A stretch of 64,000 nucleotides of DNA from contig NC_086377.1 in the NCBI RefSeq assembly GCF_036588685.1, positions 2,294,001 to 2,358,000 of the forward strand, read 5' to 3'. The stretch is from Mytilus trossulus. Lineage: Eukaryota. The notes beneath the pieces were generated by a model. It did no database searches, was not told the DNA's origin, and worked only from the letters and a program-made list of their open reading frames with translations. Made by a program: the position numbers and the translations under genes. Of this stretch, positions 37,195 to 51,254 are shown in pieces; positions within the stretch are counted from its first letter, which is position 1; each line of letters begins with the position of its first letter.

Positions 37195-37930
37195 AAAAGG
37201 GACGAAAGATACCAAAGGGACAGTCAAACTCATAGATCTAAAACAAACTGACAACGCCATGGCTGAAAATGAAAAAGACAAACAGACAAACAATAGTACA
37301 CATGACACAACATAGAAAATTAAAGAATAAACAACACGAACCCCACTAGAAACTAGGGGTGAGTTGTACATTGTATATAGCTAAATCACATCATTCCATA
37401 GAAAGAAAACCTTCTTAATAAGAGGAGCATTACATCTCATCAATCGAAAATAAACTGACGACGCCATGGCTAAAAGGGAAACAGCACACAAATCAAAAAT
37501 AAAGACCCAGGAAAACGAACTCCAACACAATTTTAAGGGTGATCGCAGGTGCTCCGGACGGGTAAGAAGATCCTTCTCAAATTGTGACATCCGTCGTGCT
37601 GGTAATATTAGTAGACCTCTGTTAAAGTTATCATTTGGTAGGTCACATTCGTAAAAAAGGAACGGGATTGAAGTTACGACACAAGGAACATATCCGATAC
37701 CATCTGTGAACAGGATATTAACTGTGAACCAACTAGTATTTGCGTCCGTATCATATTCGTAGTGATGATTTTGACTGCACCATTTATAATTCCTGGACTA
37801 ACAGCTTCCTTGTAAACAGCAACCCTTTGTTTTACGAAACCATGATAGGGATTTGAATATCGCAACGATAGGAAAATAAACAATCCGTATGCAGGCTCTG
37901 CTGGAAAGTTGCTACATGTTGCTCAAACTG
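37195..37930 (-). mobile_element. Two adjacent PLE-type 3' ends / dispersed repeats
   Basis: 37195-37362 matches 36184-36325 and 51255-51425; 37430-37930 has ggtgctccggacgggtaag as at 1417-1435 and decayed PLE C-terminal coding. Confidence 0.6.
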
Positions 37931-38016
37931 ATACACTATAATTTTCGGTTTTTTTTGGGAAAGGATGAAATATCGTTTCATTATACTTCAATGTATAACT
38001 TACCTACAACTATTAT

Positions 38017-41000
38017 CACTGGGGTAAAGCTGATGACCGTAACTGCATTCACGGTCATCCCAAGATGTTGGATGAAAAATTAGGTCAGTATTTTTATTGT
38101 CTGTTAAGGTGTTTCTACATCATTTTCTTTACAGAGCATACTTTGATACAATGTAAATGTATAAAAGATTCACACGGAAGTCTCAAATCTCTACCGAGGA
38201 ACGTGTATAAAACGGGAATTTGGATTTGAAAAATTCGCTAGGATGACCGTAAATCGTAATCGAGATGACCGTAACAGGATTAGCGATTCATAACAAGGCT
38301 GACCGTAATTGGTTAAAAGATGACCGTAAATTGTTAAGGATGACCGTAACTTTTAAAGGATGACCGTCAATTCTAAGAAATATTCATATTTGTATTCATA
38401 ACTGTTTGTCGAGATTGTCTCAATAGGGGTTCGTTTAGCGGTTATAAATATGTTTAATTTATCAATTTCTTTTCAACTATTTGCCGTATTTAGAGTTTAT
38501 GACAATGATAGTAAATATGCATATTTCTCGTAAATACGCGCGTTATTCAGTGTGCACCAAGTTGTTTATGTTATTTCTTCATAGACAGAAAATGTATTAC
38601 TGTCATTGCTAATAATTTGATTCTAAATTCCATTTTAAACCATAGAAAACCATGAAAAAATGTTGATGACGTCACTGTCACATGACTAAATTATGTCTAT
38701 GGGCTCAGAACAAAAGAACGTCAGCCAAGCAGAAGACGCGTTAAATCCACAATTAAATTATTTATTGATAAAAACATTAATATTTGAATACAAATCAAAT
38801 ATTTTATTTTTCCAATCAGGGTCCCAAAGCGGGCATTTATACAATTACCAATAATGAAAGTATATGCAAAAAACTTTGTAAATTATATAATGTGACAGAT
38901 ATTATAATAGACACCAATTCAAGGGACGGTGCTGTAGGATATACTGTTGACTGCGATAGGCAATTACAGCAATCTTCCTCGTGTCAGTAGCAGATGAACA
39001 CAAATAAATAGAGAAACTGAATCCTGTCACTTAAAACATGTTTTTTTTTAACAAAACATGGAATATAAATCTGCTATTTGCAGTGTTTAACCAGGAATAT
39101 ACACAACTCTTTTCATACGGTTGAGTTATCAAAAGACAGCAGCCGTAGCAACTTCTCTTGGGAATTTAAGTTAATGAAATTGGAACATGATTTAGATGTG
39201 AGAAACATAGTGTCTGTCTTCGTTATATTTTGTTCTATGAAAGAGAAAATGAACTTCATTTTCAATATTACCAGAATTACATTGCTGACATACGGTCTAA
39301 GGTTTGGATGAGTACCCTGGTATCGTTCTATTTTAATCTGCAAATTGTGAGATGACACCCTCAATGTTTTTAATGATCTCCTACGCTAAAATTTTGTTAT
39401 GATATTTATATAGATACTTTTCGAAACCATAATTATCCTTAACTGTCACATAAGTGCGGGCCTCTCCTTCTGATTTCTTGGTCAGTTGATCCTTCCTAAA
39501 TTTGTATGCACGTCTCTTTCAATATTTTCCTGATGGTACTATATGAAATATTTTCCCCATCATTTAGATTTGCAAAACCAGGAAGAGTTTTAAAAATGTG
39601 TTGAAGAAAGCCATACCATGACGATTTATACTGAGAATATAGAGATTTGAATGCTGGTATGCATCTTGTAATAAAGGACATTATTCTTATTTTTTAATCT
39701 AAGCCAATAATTCAAAACAGACCTCACTAATTAAACTACAGTGGAAACCGACCAAGTTAGTGAATTTACAAAATTTACTGTGTAGCTTTACACAAGTTAA
39801 ATTTAAATACATTTTATCCATGCAAATTAGTTGGTTTCCATATCTAAATTTTGCTATCAATGGATTGAATGAGCTCCAAATTTCACTTCCACATAGAGGA
39901 ATAAGCTTAATAGAATGCTCAAAAACATGCATACAGTACTAGTTTTTTAAGGATTCAGAGATAATATGCCTATTAATATTTACATGGTCTAGAGGTTTTT
40001 CCAAATAGTTGGGAAGGTCATTGATGAAAATTTTAAACAGGTTAGGACTTATGTTATCTCCTTGTATAACTCCAAACTGTGTAGGGAGGAATATAATACA
40101 AATTGACAGCGATGCGACGAAAAGTTGAAGAAAAAACCCATTGATTAAGCATAAGATTATCCAGCGGAATCAGATTAAAATCTTAACATCTGCCTTGAAG
40201 TATACACACAGTTCATTGACAACACCGGATCCGATGGAACTGCAAAATGTATTCGGCATTCAGTTGGTTTGACTGAGATTAAACATTCCGTAACAAATGA
40301 AAAGCAATATGTTTAGTAAATATTCCATTAGATAATGATTTCAATACGGAAATGAAGTCCTCGTATCGCCCTATCTCTTTTAGTTATGCTTCAATATTTG
40401 GCAATAGTTCATAAATATAAAAAAAGATGTGGTATAATTGCCAATTAGACAACTCTCCAAAAGACAATTCTCCACTGGAGACCAAAATGACACAAAAATC
40501 AACAACTATAGGTCACCGGCCGGTCTTCAACAATGAGCAAAGTACATACCGCATAGTAAGTATAAAAGGCCCCCTAAAAAACAATGTAAAATAAATTCAA
40601 ACGAGAAAACTAACAACTTAATAAAGTTCATTTTTAATTCCGTTGGACACCCTTCTTGGACATAATCGCCACTGGCTTTAAAATAGGAGGAACATCTTTT
40701 GAATGCTATAGTTAGTTCTTCTAAATTTATAATTTGGTTTTCACTTGTATAATTTAGATTTTTTACAGGTGCACTCCAATAATATATATGCAACACTATC
40801 GTACAAAGCAGGTGCAACATATATACACCTGTGTCCTTGGGTTATAAGTTACAGGCAGGTTAAAATGTTTACATAGTAAGCACATTGTCTACAAGCTAGC
40901 TCATGTTCAAAGCTAGCAAGATTCCTCTTTCATTTGGATACGAATTTGTTGGTGAACTGTGTATTTGAAGCAGTCTTATTTTCTTCTACCTATAGGATGA

Positions 41001-41441
41001 TGCAGTCTTATAAATATGTTTCATACCAACATAATTAATTTTTTGATACAAACAATGTAATACAAATACGGATATATATCTGTTAGAATCGATGGTCATC
41101 TTTTATAAATTACGGTCATCCTTTACAAATTACGGTCATCTTTTTACCAATCACGGTCATCCTTGTTTTATGTTACGGTCATCTTGGAAATATTTTACTT
41201 CCGATTTACGGTCATCTTAGCGATTTTTTCAAATCCAATTTCCTGTTTCATACACATTCCTCAGTAGTAATATGTGATTTCCGTGTGATTCTTTTATATA
41301 TTTACATCGTACCAATGTATGCTTTGTAAATAAAATGCTTTAGAAACACTTAAACAGACAATACAAATACTGACCTAATTTTTCATCCGACATCTTGGGA
41401 TGACCGTGAATGCAGTTACGGTCATCAGCTTTACCCCAGTG
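38017..41441. mobile_element. Non-autonomous CACTA/EnSpm-type element with ~350-bp TIRs and nested cargo
   Basis: at|CACTGGGGTAAAGCTGATGACCGTAACTGCATTCACGGTCATCCCAAGATG ... CATCTTGGGATGACCGTGAATGCAGTTACGGTCATCAGCTTTACCCCAGTG|at; subterminal gatgaccgtaa repeats on both arms; 2-bp TSD. Confidence 0.85.
38990..40085 (-). mobile_element. Decayed non-LTR retrotransposon ORF2 fragment (CR1/L2-group)
   Basis: Minus strand FGVIQGDNISPNLFKIFINDLP (~40075-40012), IKLIPLCGSEIW (ORF 39699-39932) and RVSSHNLQIKIERY (ORF 39113-39364). Confidence 0.75.
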
Positions 41442-41874
41442 ATTATAGCATGCTTTAACTTACAGGTTTCAGTCATGGTACAGTATGGCACGCGGTCTTT
41501 CTATGAAATTATTTCTACAAAATTAAACCAAAATTGTTTTACCTGAAAATAATTATTATTAACAATAATAGAAAAATATTCAACTTTGTCTTCTCGAAAA
41601 TAGTTAATAGTAGTGATATAAGATTTATAAAGTAGCTTCCTTCAGTCGTAATCCTTCTCCCTTTAGTCTGCTGTTTAACTTTCAAATGAATGACCAATGG
41701 TTTCAGTAACAAAATATTTTGTGTTTCAACCTTTTTTTATTTTCTGTAACGTTAAACGGGGCATAGCTCGTGATTTAAACTAAAAAGTTTAAATCATTAT
41801 GCACTATATCTATTCATATTTTGAGGGGGCAACATGGTTGTAACCATCCTTCATTGTCATACTTTTAATAAACT

Positions 41875-42360
41875 GTAAGTACTCTCTGATCTGTTCTTAG
41901 TGTCTTTTTGTTGTCTGGATGTACAAGTACCCAACCCCGTCCACTTGTAGTTTTGTCCATCTGATGAGTTAAGCCTCTTTCAACTGATGTTTATAGTTCG
42001 TTCGTATGTTGTTCTGCTATACCACTGTCCAAGGTTAGGGGAGGGTTGGTATCCGGCTACCATGTTTAGCCCCGCCACGTTATTTATGTATGTGCCTGTT
42101 ACAAGTCAGGAGTCTGTAATTCACTTGTCGTCGTCTGTTTATGTGCTACACATTTGTTTTTCGTTCATTTCTTATGTAAATAAAGCCGTTAGTTTTCTTG
42201 TTTTTCTTGTTTTACATTGTCATATCGGAGCCTTTATAGCTGTATGGATTTTGCTCATTGTTGAAGGCTGTACGGTGACCTATATTTGTTAATGTCTGTG
42301 TCATTTTCATTTTGGTCTTTTGTGGACAGTTGTCTCATTTGCAATCATATCTTCTTTGTT
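41875..42360 (+). repeat. PLE-associated 3' repeat copy
   Basis: Collinear with 11832-12330. Confidence 0.75.
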
Positions 42361-42396
42361 TACATAATCATATATACAACGGTTAAAATATCATAT

Positions 42397-42678
42397 TTGC
42401 GCCAGACCTGCGTTTTGTCTTCAGAAGACGCATCAGTGACGCTCGAATCAAATACTGTTTAAAAGACCAAATTGAGTAGTTTAAAAGCATTAAGAACCAC
42501 ATATTCCGAAACGCTTTTCCCAAAACAGCTAAGATTATCTATTCCCGACGTAGAAAAACCTTAGTTTTTTAAACATGAAAATTTTTGTAAACAGTTCATA
42601 TGTAGTTCTAAATATACCAACAATAACTCAAGTCAACACAGAAGTACTGACAACTGGGCTGATAATATCCTCGGGGAA
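42397..42678 (-). mobile_element. Longest retrozyme-like copy (minus strand), hammerhead core mutated
   Basis: Reverse complement gagcgtca-CTGATGC-gtcttctgaagac-AAAA-cgcaggtctggcgc at ~42399-42444. Confidence 0.65.
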
Positions 42679-43387
42679 TTAAAACAAGAACAGAGTCGTT
42701 TTCATTCCATTTTTTGAATTTGCTAATTGTTTAAAAGTACATAACAATACAGAATACACTAGCAATACTTACACACCCGTAGAAGCTACCAATCAAATCA
42801 TATCTCTAGAAATCAAATTAAAATGTAACAGCTGTCACTTCTTGTGAACTGAAAAAATCAACAACATTTAAACAGGACATGTATATTGGAAAAGAAAGTC
42901 CGAATGTATTTTAAAAAATAGGTAACATCCAATTGTAGCGTTTGCATTTATATATATATATAACTGATCAAATAGCAAAATCAAAAGCTGATACACATCA
43001 AACACATTCAACGATTTAAGAAGAACTGTCATATAAATAACTTGGTTCAGGCATTTCCTTTTGTAATTTATTTAACTATATCCAGCTTTGGTTTTGTTCA
43101 TTATTTTATTTCGAGTATGTTTTATTATTCAGACTATGCCTATATTAAACCACACAGACAAGTATTGATTTAGTTTTGCAGATCTATAACTAGGACTTGT
43201 TCTTTTATATCTGTAAAAAAATATCAACAGCACAGCCCAAAAAACATACTTTCAAGCTCCTGCATGCTTTCTTCAGAGCAGAAAATGCATTAATGGGTAT
43301 ATTCAATTGTGCACCAAGTAAGCCGAGGTTGTGGAAAAAGCAGTTGTCTTACTGGGACTTTTATTTACCATGTGTATAGTTGTATAT

Positions 43388-43683
43388 AATTTAATTTTTG
43401 ATGTAATGTGTCTTCCACTGACGTTGGTTTTTTTACCAGCTCATTAACTAAATTTAGTCATGTGACCCTTGACGTCATCAATGTTTTTCATGGTTTACTC
43501 AGGTTTAAAATATAATTTAGAATTAGATTATAAGACAGAACTGTTATATTCTTTCTGTCTATTCGAAATAACATATACAAAAATTTGCACACTTTAAAAT
43601 AACCCGCTACGCAGGTTATTCAGTGTACACCACATTGTTTACGTTATTTCTTCATACACAGAACAGATATTGTCATTCCTTAA
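43388..43683. mobile_element. ~300-bp dispersed element with terminal hairpin (other copies 44095-44523 and inverted 38530-38762)
   Basis: Shared atttagtcatgtgacc.tgacgtcatcaa core and the ending gttatttcttcata.acaga...gtcattccttaa. Confidence 0.7.
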
Positions 43684-44094
43684 ATATAAAAAGTCCTATA
43701 GAAATCAACAAACATTACGACATTGTCTCAATCCAATTGATAGGGTTAACTAAATACTTATAATGTGTCATTAACACCATCACTTGTTCATACCTTTAAT
43801 TGTCCAGTTAACAACATATATCATATAACGAGTCTTTGTGATGTGTATCATTCAAATGATTCTGCACGACAATTCAAAACTAGTCCAGTAGATATAAAGA
43901 ATAAGAGGAGGTGTCATAATTTGATAGGATAGTTATTCGCAGTTAGTTACCCTGCTGCTTAAGGTTGATACTTATTCATTTTTTCCAAAGAGTATTTATG
44001 CATATCTGGTCATAAAAAAAAATAATGACCGTTCCTTCTGTTCAATGATGAAGTAAACTAGTCTGGTCAATAATTAGTGTATGGTATATATATC

Positions 44095-44523
44095 TAAATT
44101 TTTTAATTTGGGATGTAACGTGTCTTCTGATTGGCTGACGTTATTTTGTTATCAGCCCATAGACATAATTTAGTCATGTGACCGTGACGTCATCAACGTT
44201 TGTTCATGTTTTTCTACGGTTTAAAACATAATTTAGAATTAAACACTTTTATGAATTTTGGTCCTTAAAGCTCTTCAACTTCGTACATTTTTTGGACTTT
44301 TTAACTTTCTTGGATTCGAGCGTCAATGATGAGTCTTTTGTAGACGAAACGCGCGTCTGGCGTATATACAAATTTGAGTCCTGGTTTCTATGATGAGTTT
44401 ATTTATAAGAAATAACTGTAATATGTTTTCTGTCTATTCGAAATACGCGCGTTATTTAGTGTGCACCACATTTTTTATGTTATTTCTTCATAGACAGACA
44501 AAATATTACAGTCATTCCTTAAA
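44095..44523. mobile_element. Second copy of the ~300-bp hairpin element, interrupted by a retrozyme-like insert
   Basis: Collinear with 43388-43683 except for the insert at 44245-44403. Confidence 0.75.
44320..44363 (+). ncRNA. Type I hammerhead motif with all stems intact but C3>A core change
   Basis: gcgtca-ATGATGA-gtct(tttgt)agac-GAAA-cgcgcg-TC-tggcgt, within insert 44245-44403. Confidence 0.7.
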
Positions 44524-44957
44524 TAAAAAAAACAAAACAAATCAACATTCAATTATGCTTCTTAAAATCCGGTAAACCCGCTGCCCATTGAATACGGACC
44601 TTATACATCGTCTCTGTGTATCCGTTTTCCCTGAACTTTTGATTGTTTACAATTCATGTATTTGATGAAACTCGATGCAGATAGATCTTTAATATCATGA
44701 TAATAGAATAGCCCAAGAGTCGCATATAACTCAGCGGAAGAAATAAAGACAAGTACTATTAAAATGTTGTCCTTCTTTTAGATGACAATTTATCGAAAAC
44801 CAATATCTTTTTTTTTTAAATACGCTGACGATACATAACTTTAAAAAAAAATATCACATATTTGTCTAGGGAAGTGACAATGTATAATTATATACAGATA
44901 TAACACATGGTTGTATAATTAATTGACGATGTGTTATTTATACACATATTGCACATA

Positions 44958-45885
44958 GTAAAATTGAGAATGGAAATGGGGAATGTGTCAAAGAGACAAC
45001 AACCCGACCAAAATAAAAAAACACAACAGCAGAAGGTCACCAACAGGTCTTCAATGTAGCGAGAAATTCCCGCACCCGGAGGCGTCCTTCAGCTGGCCCC
45101 TAAACAAATATATACTAGTTCAGTGATAATGAACGCCATACTAATTTCCAAATTGTACACAAGAAACTAAAATTTAAATAATACAAGACTAACAAAGGCC
45201 AGAGGCTCCTGACTTGGGACAGGCGCAAAAATGCGGCGGGGTTAAACATGTTTGTGAGATCTCAACCCTCCCCCTATACCTCTAACCAGTGTAGAAAAGT
45301 AAAAGCATAACAATACGCACATTAAAATTCAGTTCAAGAGAAGTCCGAGTCTGATGTCAGAAGATGTAACCAAAGAAAATAAACAAAATGACAATAATAC
45401 ACAAATAACAACAGACTACTAGCAGTTAACTGACATGCCAGCTCCAGACTTCAATTAAACTGACTGAAAGATTATGATTTCATCATATGAACATCAGGCG
45501 CAATCCTTCCCGTAAGGGGTTTAGTATCATACCATCATAACATATATGAGAAGAACATAACCCGTGTCATGCCAACAACTGTTTTTAGAATAAATGTGTT
45601 TAGTTCCGACGCAAAGACCTTATCAGTGACTCAATATTAACGCCAAAATATGCAATCTTTAATGACTTGACAACAGTATCGTAATTATATCCCTTCTTAA
45701 TAAGTCTATTCAAAGGTTTTGTAAGTTTATGAGGTGAATACTGACACCTTTGTGCTTTATAAAGAATATTTCCATAAAAAATTGGATGTGAAATACCTGA
45801 ACGTATAAAAAGTCTGCATGTTGAGCTATATTTACGAATGATGTCTTTATACCGATGATAAAATTTAGTAAATGTTTTGACTAAT
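44958..45885 (-). mobile_element. Penelope-like element 3' end (ORF C-terminus plus 3' region)
   Basis: ORF 45600-45956 LVKTFTKFYHRYKDII...GISHPIFYGN...PLNRLIKKGYNY parallels 11350-11560; terminal gtaaaattgagaatggaaatggggaatgtgtcaaagagacaac also at ~7472-7520. Confidence 0.75.
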
Positions 45886-45973
45886 GTAAATGTAAGTGTT
45901 ATAGTTGACTGGCAATACCTTATTGTTAAAGAAATATCACATGGTGTTTTAGTCAATTCACTTTGTCTTATTT

Positions 45974-47355
45974 ATACAGATATATTTAGTTCACTGACAT
46001 TGTCGTATTTGTACAGATATATCTAGTTGACTGACAATGTCGTATCTATACAGATATATCTAGTTCACTGACATTGTCGTATCTATACAGATATATCTAG
46101 TTCACTGACAATGTCGTATACAAGTGAGAGATATAGCTAGCTATACAACCAGGTTCACTCCACCATTTTCTACATTAGAAAATGCCTGTACCAAGTCAGG
46201 AATATGACAGTTGTTATCCATTCGTGTGATGTGTTTAAACTTTTGATTTTGTCTTTTGATTTTGGACTTTCCTTTTTGAATTTTCCTCGGAGTTCACTAT
46301 TTTTTGTGTTTTTACTTTTTATCTATACAGTTCACTGACAATGTCGTATTTATACAGGTAAAGCTAGTTCACTGACAATGTCGTATTAATACAGATATAT
46401 CTAGTTCACTGACAATGTCGTATCTATACAGATACATCCAGTTCACTGACAATGTCGTATCTATACAGATATATCTAGTTTACTGACAATGTCGTATTTA
46501 TACAGGTAAATCTAGTTCACTGACATTGTCGTATCTATACAGATATGTGTAGATCACTGACAATGTCATATATTTACAGATATATCTAGTTCACTGACAA
46601 TGTCGTATTCATACAGATAAATCTAGTTCACTGACATTGTCGTATCTATACATATATATCTAGTTCACTGACAATGTCGTATCTTTACAGATATATCTAG
46701 TTGACTGACAATGTCGTATCTATACAGATATATCTAGTTCACTGACAATGTCGTATTCATACAGATAAATCTAGTTCACTGACATTGTCGTATCTATACA
46801 TATATATCTAGTTCACTGACAATGTCGTATCTTTACAGATATATCTAGTTGACTGACAATGTCATATCTATACAGATATATCTAGTTCACTGACATTGTC
46901 TTATTTATACAGATATATGTAGTTCACTGACAATGTCGTTTATATACAGATATATGTAGTTCACTGACAATGTCGTATCTATACAGATATATCTAGTTGA
47001 CTGACAATGTCGTATCTTTACAGATATATCTAGTTGACTGACAATGTCGTATCTATACAGATATATCTAGTTCACTGACATTGTCTTATTTATACAGATA
47101 TATCTAGTTCACTGACATTGTCGTATCTATACAGATATATCTAGTTCACTGACAATGTCATACATATACAGATATATCTAGTTGACTGGCAATGTCGTAT
47201 CTATGCAGATATATCTAGTTGACTAGCAATGTCGTATCTATACAGATATATCTAGTTCACTGACAATGTCGTATCTATACATATATATCTAGTTCACTGA
47301 CAATGTCGTATTCATACAGATACATCTATTTCACTGACAATGTCGTATCTTTTTA
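45974..47355. repeat. 37-bp minisatellite, ~30 copies, interrupted by a ~200-bp repeat at 46121-46322
   Basis: Unit tacagatatatctagttcactgacaatgtcgtatcta (spacing 46686 to 46723). Confidence 0.95.
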
Positions 47356-50300
47356 GATATGATAAATGGTTACCTATAGCTAGCTATCTGATAAGGTACT
47401 ATTTGTACAGATATAGTAGATGGCTGTCCATTTAACGAACACTGTATTATGTATACAAATGTATCACATAGTTGTGAAGCTTATTGTCAACATCTTACGC
47501 AGGTAGGTTAATGACATACAGTTAGCACCAAATCGTTAAAAAATGTCAAAGCATGAGTTATTTCCCTTTTTTATTACGTAATGGCTGGCGTTCGTCTCTT
47601 TCGGTAACAAAATATATCTGTTCAGGAATCCCCTCAAACGCATTCGTGTTACATTATGACCAATAAGATGCCAAATATTATTATATTGACGTACATGGCA
47701 GAAATAAACTTCATTTGTGTTTTAAAACACGTACCATAGTTCTTCAAATATTCTTCAATCAGTCAGGGAAGTAAGCTCCGCCCTCTTTTACCATATTTGC
47801 AAAATCGGTGTAATTTAGAACCTTGCATCCTGAACAAATTGTGCGAAACACCTGTTCGCAGAAAATTCGTATTTGGCGAAGAAGTGCTCTTGTATGTATT
47901 TTTTGGGCTGCAAAACGATATTTCATGGGTAGATTTGAAAGATTTGAAAGATTTTGACGTAGGGAAGTGTTTTTTATTGAAGGTAAAATAGAAGAAAGGA
48001 CAAAATAAAGGCTCGATACTGTTGGTTAATTGGCCAGACGTGCTCCAATTTTCAATCTTCTTAGAATAATTGTTTTTCAAGTTATAAAAATGAAATACTT
48101 CTATTTTAATTATTCTCGAAACTTGATTTGGTATCTAAAGGTTGACATGATACACCTTTTTCCATGTTATCAGATCTTTTTTTCATGCAATGAAATAGTC
48201 TAAATAGTTATCATCTCTGGCAAAAAACAAATAAGCCTCGCCAGACGTCGTCCTGAAAAAAAATAAAATAGCCTTGCCAGACGTCATTAAATATTTAAAC
48301 ATCTATGAAATTGAAAAAAAAATAAATATCTGTATTTCCCACTTCTGTAGAACGGTTGGGTACGTCACAGATTTCTTTCGGCTATTGTGTGACGGGATGA
48401 TCTGCGCATAAATTAGTCCCGCTTGCTGGGGAGTAATGATTTAAATCCTGAGTTATAGTGATGCAGTCCGGTAGATGGTTTCTGTCTACTGTGTACAGTG
48501 CACACAAAGATGGAGATTTTGAATTCGTCGGTCTTACTGATATGATAATGAACTATGACCGCATGTTTGTGGTTGCGAACTTGCTGGTCTATAATGTTCT
48601 TAGTTACAAAATTGTTATAAGTTGTCGCTCTTATTTGTCGTTTGGGTCTGGAATTTTATTAGATCATCTGGCGGATTCTAATTTGTCCATGTCTTTCATA
48701 ACTTTGTTTCCAGATTGTCAATAGGACAACTTCCCACAAGAGACCAAAATGACCCAGAAATTAACTAGTATAGGTCACTGTATGGCCTTGATATTATATT
48801 TACACCTTGCATAAGTTAATAAAGCACCAACCCTATTATTTTCAAAACTGTTTTTGAGCTTACAGTTTATCCTTTACTCATATAACACTTGTGTTGCATA
48901 CATATACATTTGCTTTATTTAATGGGGACTACACACCATCGATTAGAGAGCAAAATAAATTTGGTGTAACTGCTGTTTTTTTTTTATTATATGAAATAGC
49001 TTCTTAATGGGCAATTACACGATGAACTGTCAGTGATATTGTTGGCTTTTTTCAAAACTACCTCTATCCTTTTGTTATTGGGAAGATATGCGTCATTTTC
49101 ATCAAGTTGGGAAATTTCAAATAAACCATGAATTTGACTGAAACTTCAATTTACAGACCCATTTTCAAGAGTTTAACCCTGCTTTAAAATAAGGCCCCAT
49201 TTTGTCAGCGATGATACATACATAGACCCTCAAATTTGTACATATAGTCATTTTAGACATTTAAATTGTTTAGATGAGTGTTTTCCAGTTTGTATTCACG
49301 CACAATTACTACTGAAACTGCACTGTTTGGGAAAAAGTTGTCTTTTTTAGGGAATAATTTTAAGCCATTTTTTTCAAATTAGGATTCTTCTCCAGGGGAA
49401 AAAGCCTTTATTCTCCACTAATTTAAGGCAAATAATATCATTGACTGCCAATTGGAGATATATTTATTTGAAAATTTGAAAAATTATGTACCATTACTTA
49501 TACATGTAGATAAATGGTCTAAGTTTCTTATAACGCTTGCAGATATGAAGAACAAGTCACAAGAGGGTTTCAAATGAAATAAGATTTGAAAAATAAAATC
49601 TTTCCACCCACCCCATTTTTTTCAAAAATTTGGATGAAAATCTACTAATAAATTTTAGTTGGCCTTTGGAAAAAACTTTGATGCAGATCTAGACTAATAT
49701 GATGCTATGACATACACATGCATTTTTTGTATGTGTAAGGCTTTTAAAAAATTAATGTTAAAAACACCCCAGTGTTGACATTATATCTTGTCTGTATGGT
49801 GACACATGTTCTCTCTAATTCAAAAAAAAAATCAACCTGAGGTTTATCACAGACTAGAAGGGAGTGGGCATCGTACATCTGCTATTCAAATTAATAAGAT
49901 TTAATCATTCAGCATTCAATCAATTTAATAATAGTTCTCAAAGGTACCAGGATTATAATTTAGTACGCCAGACGTAATACATTGAGAGTATCGTCTGCTT
50001 TACTAGAGGTACCTTTTCTTTAATTTTGACGGACTTAAGCGTCATGTTTTAACCTACATTTTTCATAAGCGGTTTTATGGTATAAATTGCATGCTTTTCG
50101 TGATTTGTTCATTGCGTGATTTGAACTCTAAAAGAACACAAAAAGGACAGGTAGATTCGGACATAAAATAAGTTCATAATGCTTTATTGATAGTAAGATT
50201 AGTTACTGCAATTGTTTTTTCCGGATTATTTTATTTCTGTAATTTGTAAAAGAAATTATTTGATTTTAAATAAAAGTTATTTCTTGCAAATAGTTCGATT

Positions 50301-51254
50301 CATTAATTCATTTTTTCTCTCACTTGAATAGCATACTATAATCTAATAATAATTGTTATGTTACATTATGCACACTTATATTTCATCGACTAGCATTAAA
50401 ATTAAATGCTTTACTACATATATATTTGTTTTAAATGTATTAGCGATACACTTTGAACAGGTGATTACAATGTATGTTGTGTATGCCGTGTTATCATTAA
50501 CATGACCGGAAACGTTTAATAAATGTTATTAAACGTTACATGATTTATACATGTGTGTTTAATTTGCGGAAACATAGTTTAATTAAGTTAAGCTTGGTAA
50601 TAGAAGCTATCAAACGTTTTCAAAACTATGTTTATTTTGTTAAGAAAGCACACAAAGGTCACTGGGAAATTATCGCCCCTGTAATGGATGCGCCCATGCG
50701 CAAATACTTAATTTTTGGTTTGTGTTTTTTTTAATTTTTTTTTTATTTGTTATTTGCTTTTTATTACTTTAGTTTTGCTTGCTCTCTATGCTTTCTTGCA
50801 TGATTATCTGCAATATATTGGCAGACACATATTCATGTAAATGCTAATTATGATTTATATATACATATACTCATTTTCCAACTTGCTGAGTTAAAATGTT
50901 TGCCTTTATTATTCATTTATATGTTTATTCTCTGCTGCTTATACATGTTTAGTTATTTATAATTTTGCTATTGCTAGTTATTTACTTTTATTGTGAACTG
51001 CTATAATGTGCGTAATGCTGTGGTTGCTATATGCTTTACTTTATTTTATCAAATACAGACTGACACAAATGAGTTGAAGTTGGAATATGTAAAGTACAGA
51101 CCACTTTTAAAGTGATGTTTATTCCAAATTTAAGAATGAGACGCTTGTTTAAAATTAGCTTTCCTTGGTTGTGTTTATGGTACATGTACATTATAATGAA
51201 ATGACTTTACTGTAGTAATTTTTACACAATCTTTGCTGAAACTTACGCATTAAT

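Noticed and set aside
41955-41992. ctgatgag...ctga motif in the PLE 3' repeat (also ~11915-11945) as a hammerhead, SECIS or C/D box
   Set aside because: No GAAA box or stem III for a hammerhead; stem too short for SECIS; too little context for a snoRNA.
47570-48420. ORF pair 47763-48080 / 47797-47991 as a gene or transposase fragment
   Set aside because: No motif I can identify and no clear splice or TIR structure.
48920-49830. Possible TTAA-flanked DNA transposon
   Set aside because: Repeat-like composition, but I could not find matching termini.
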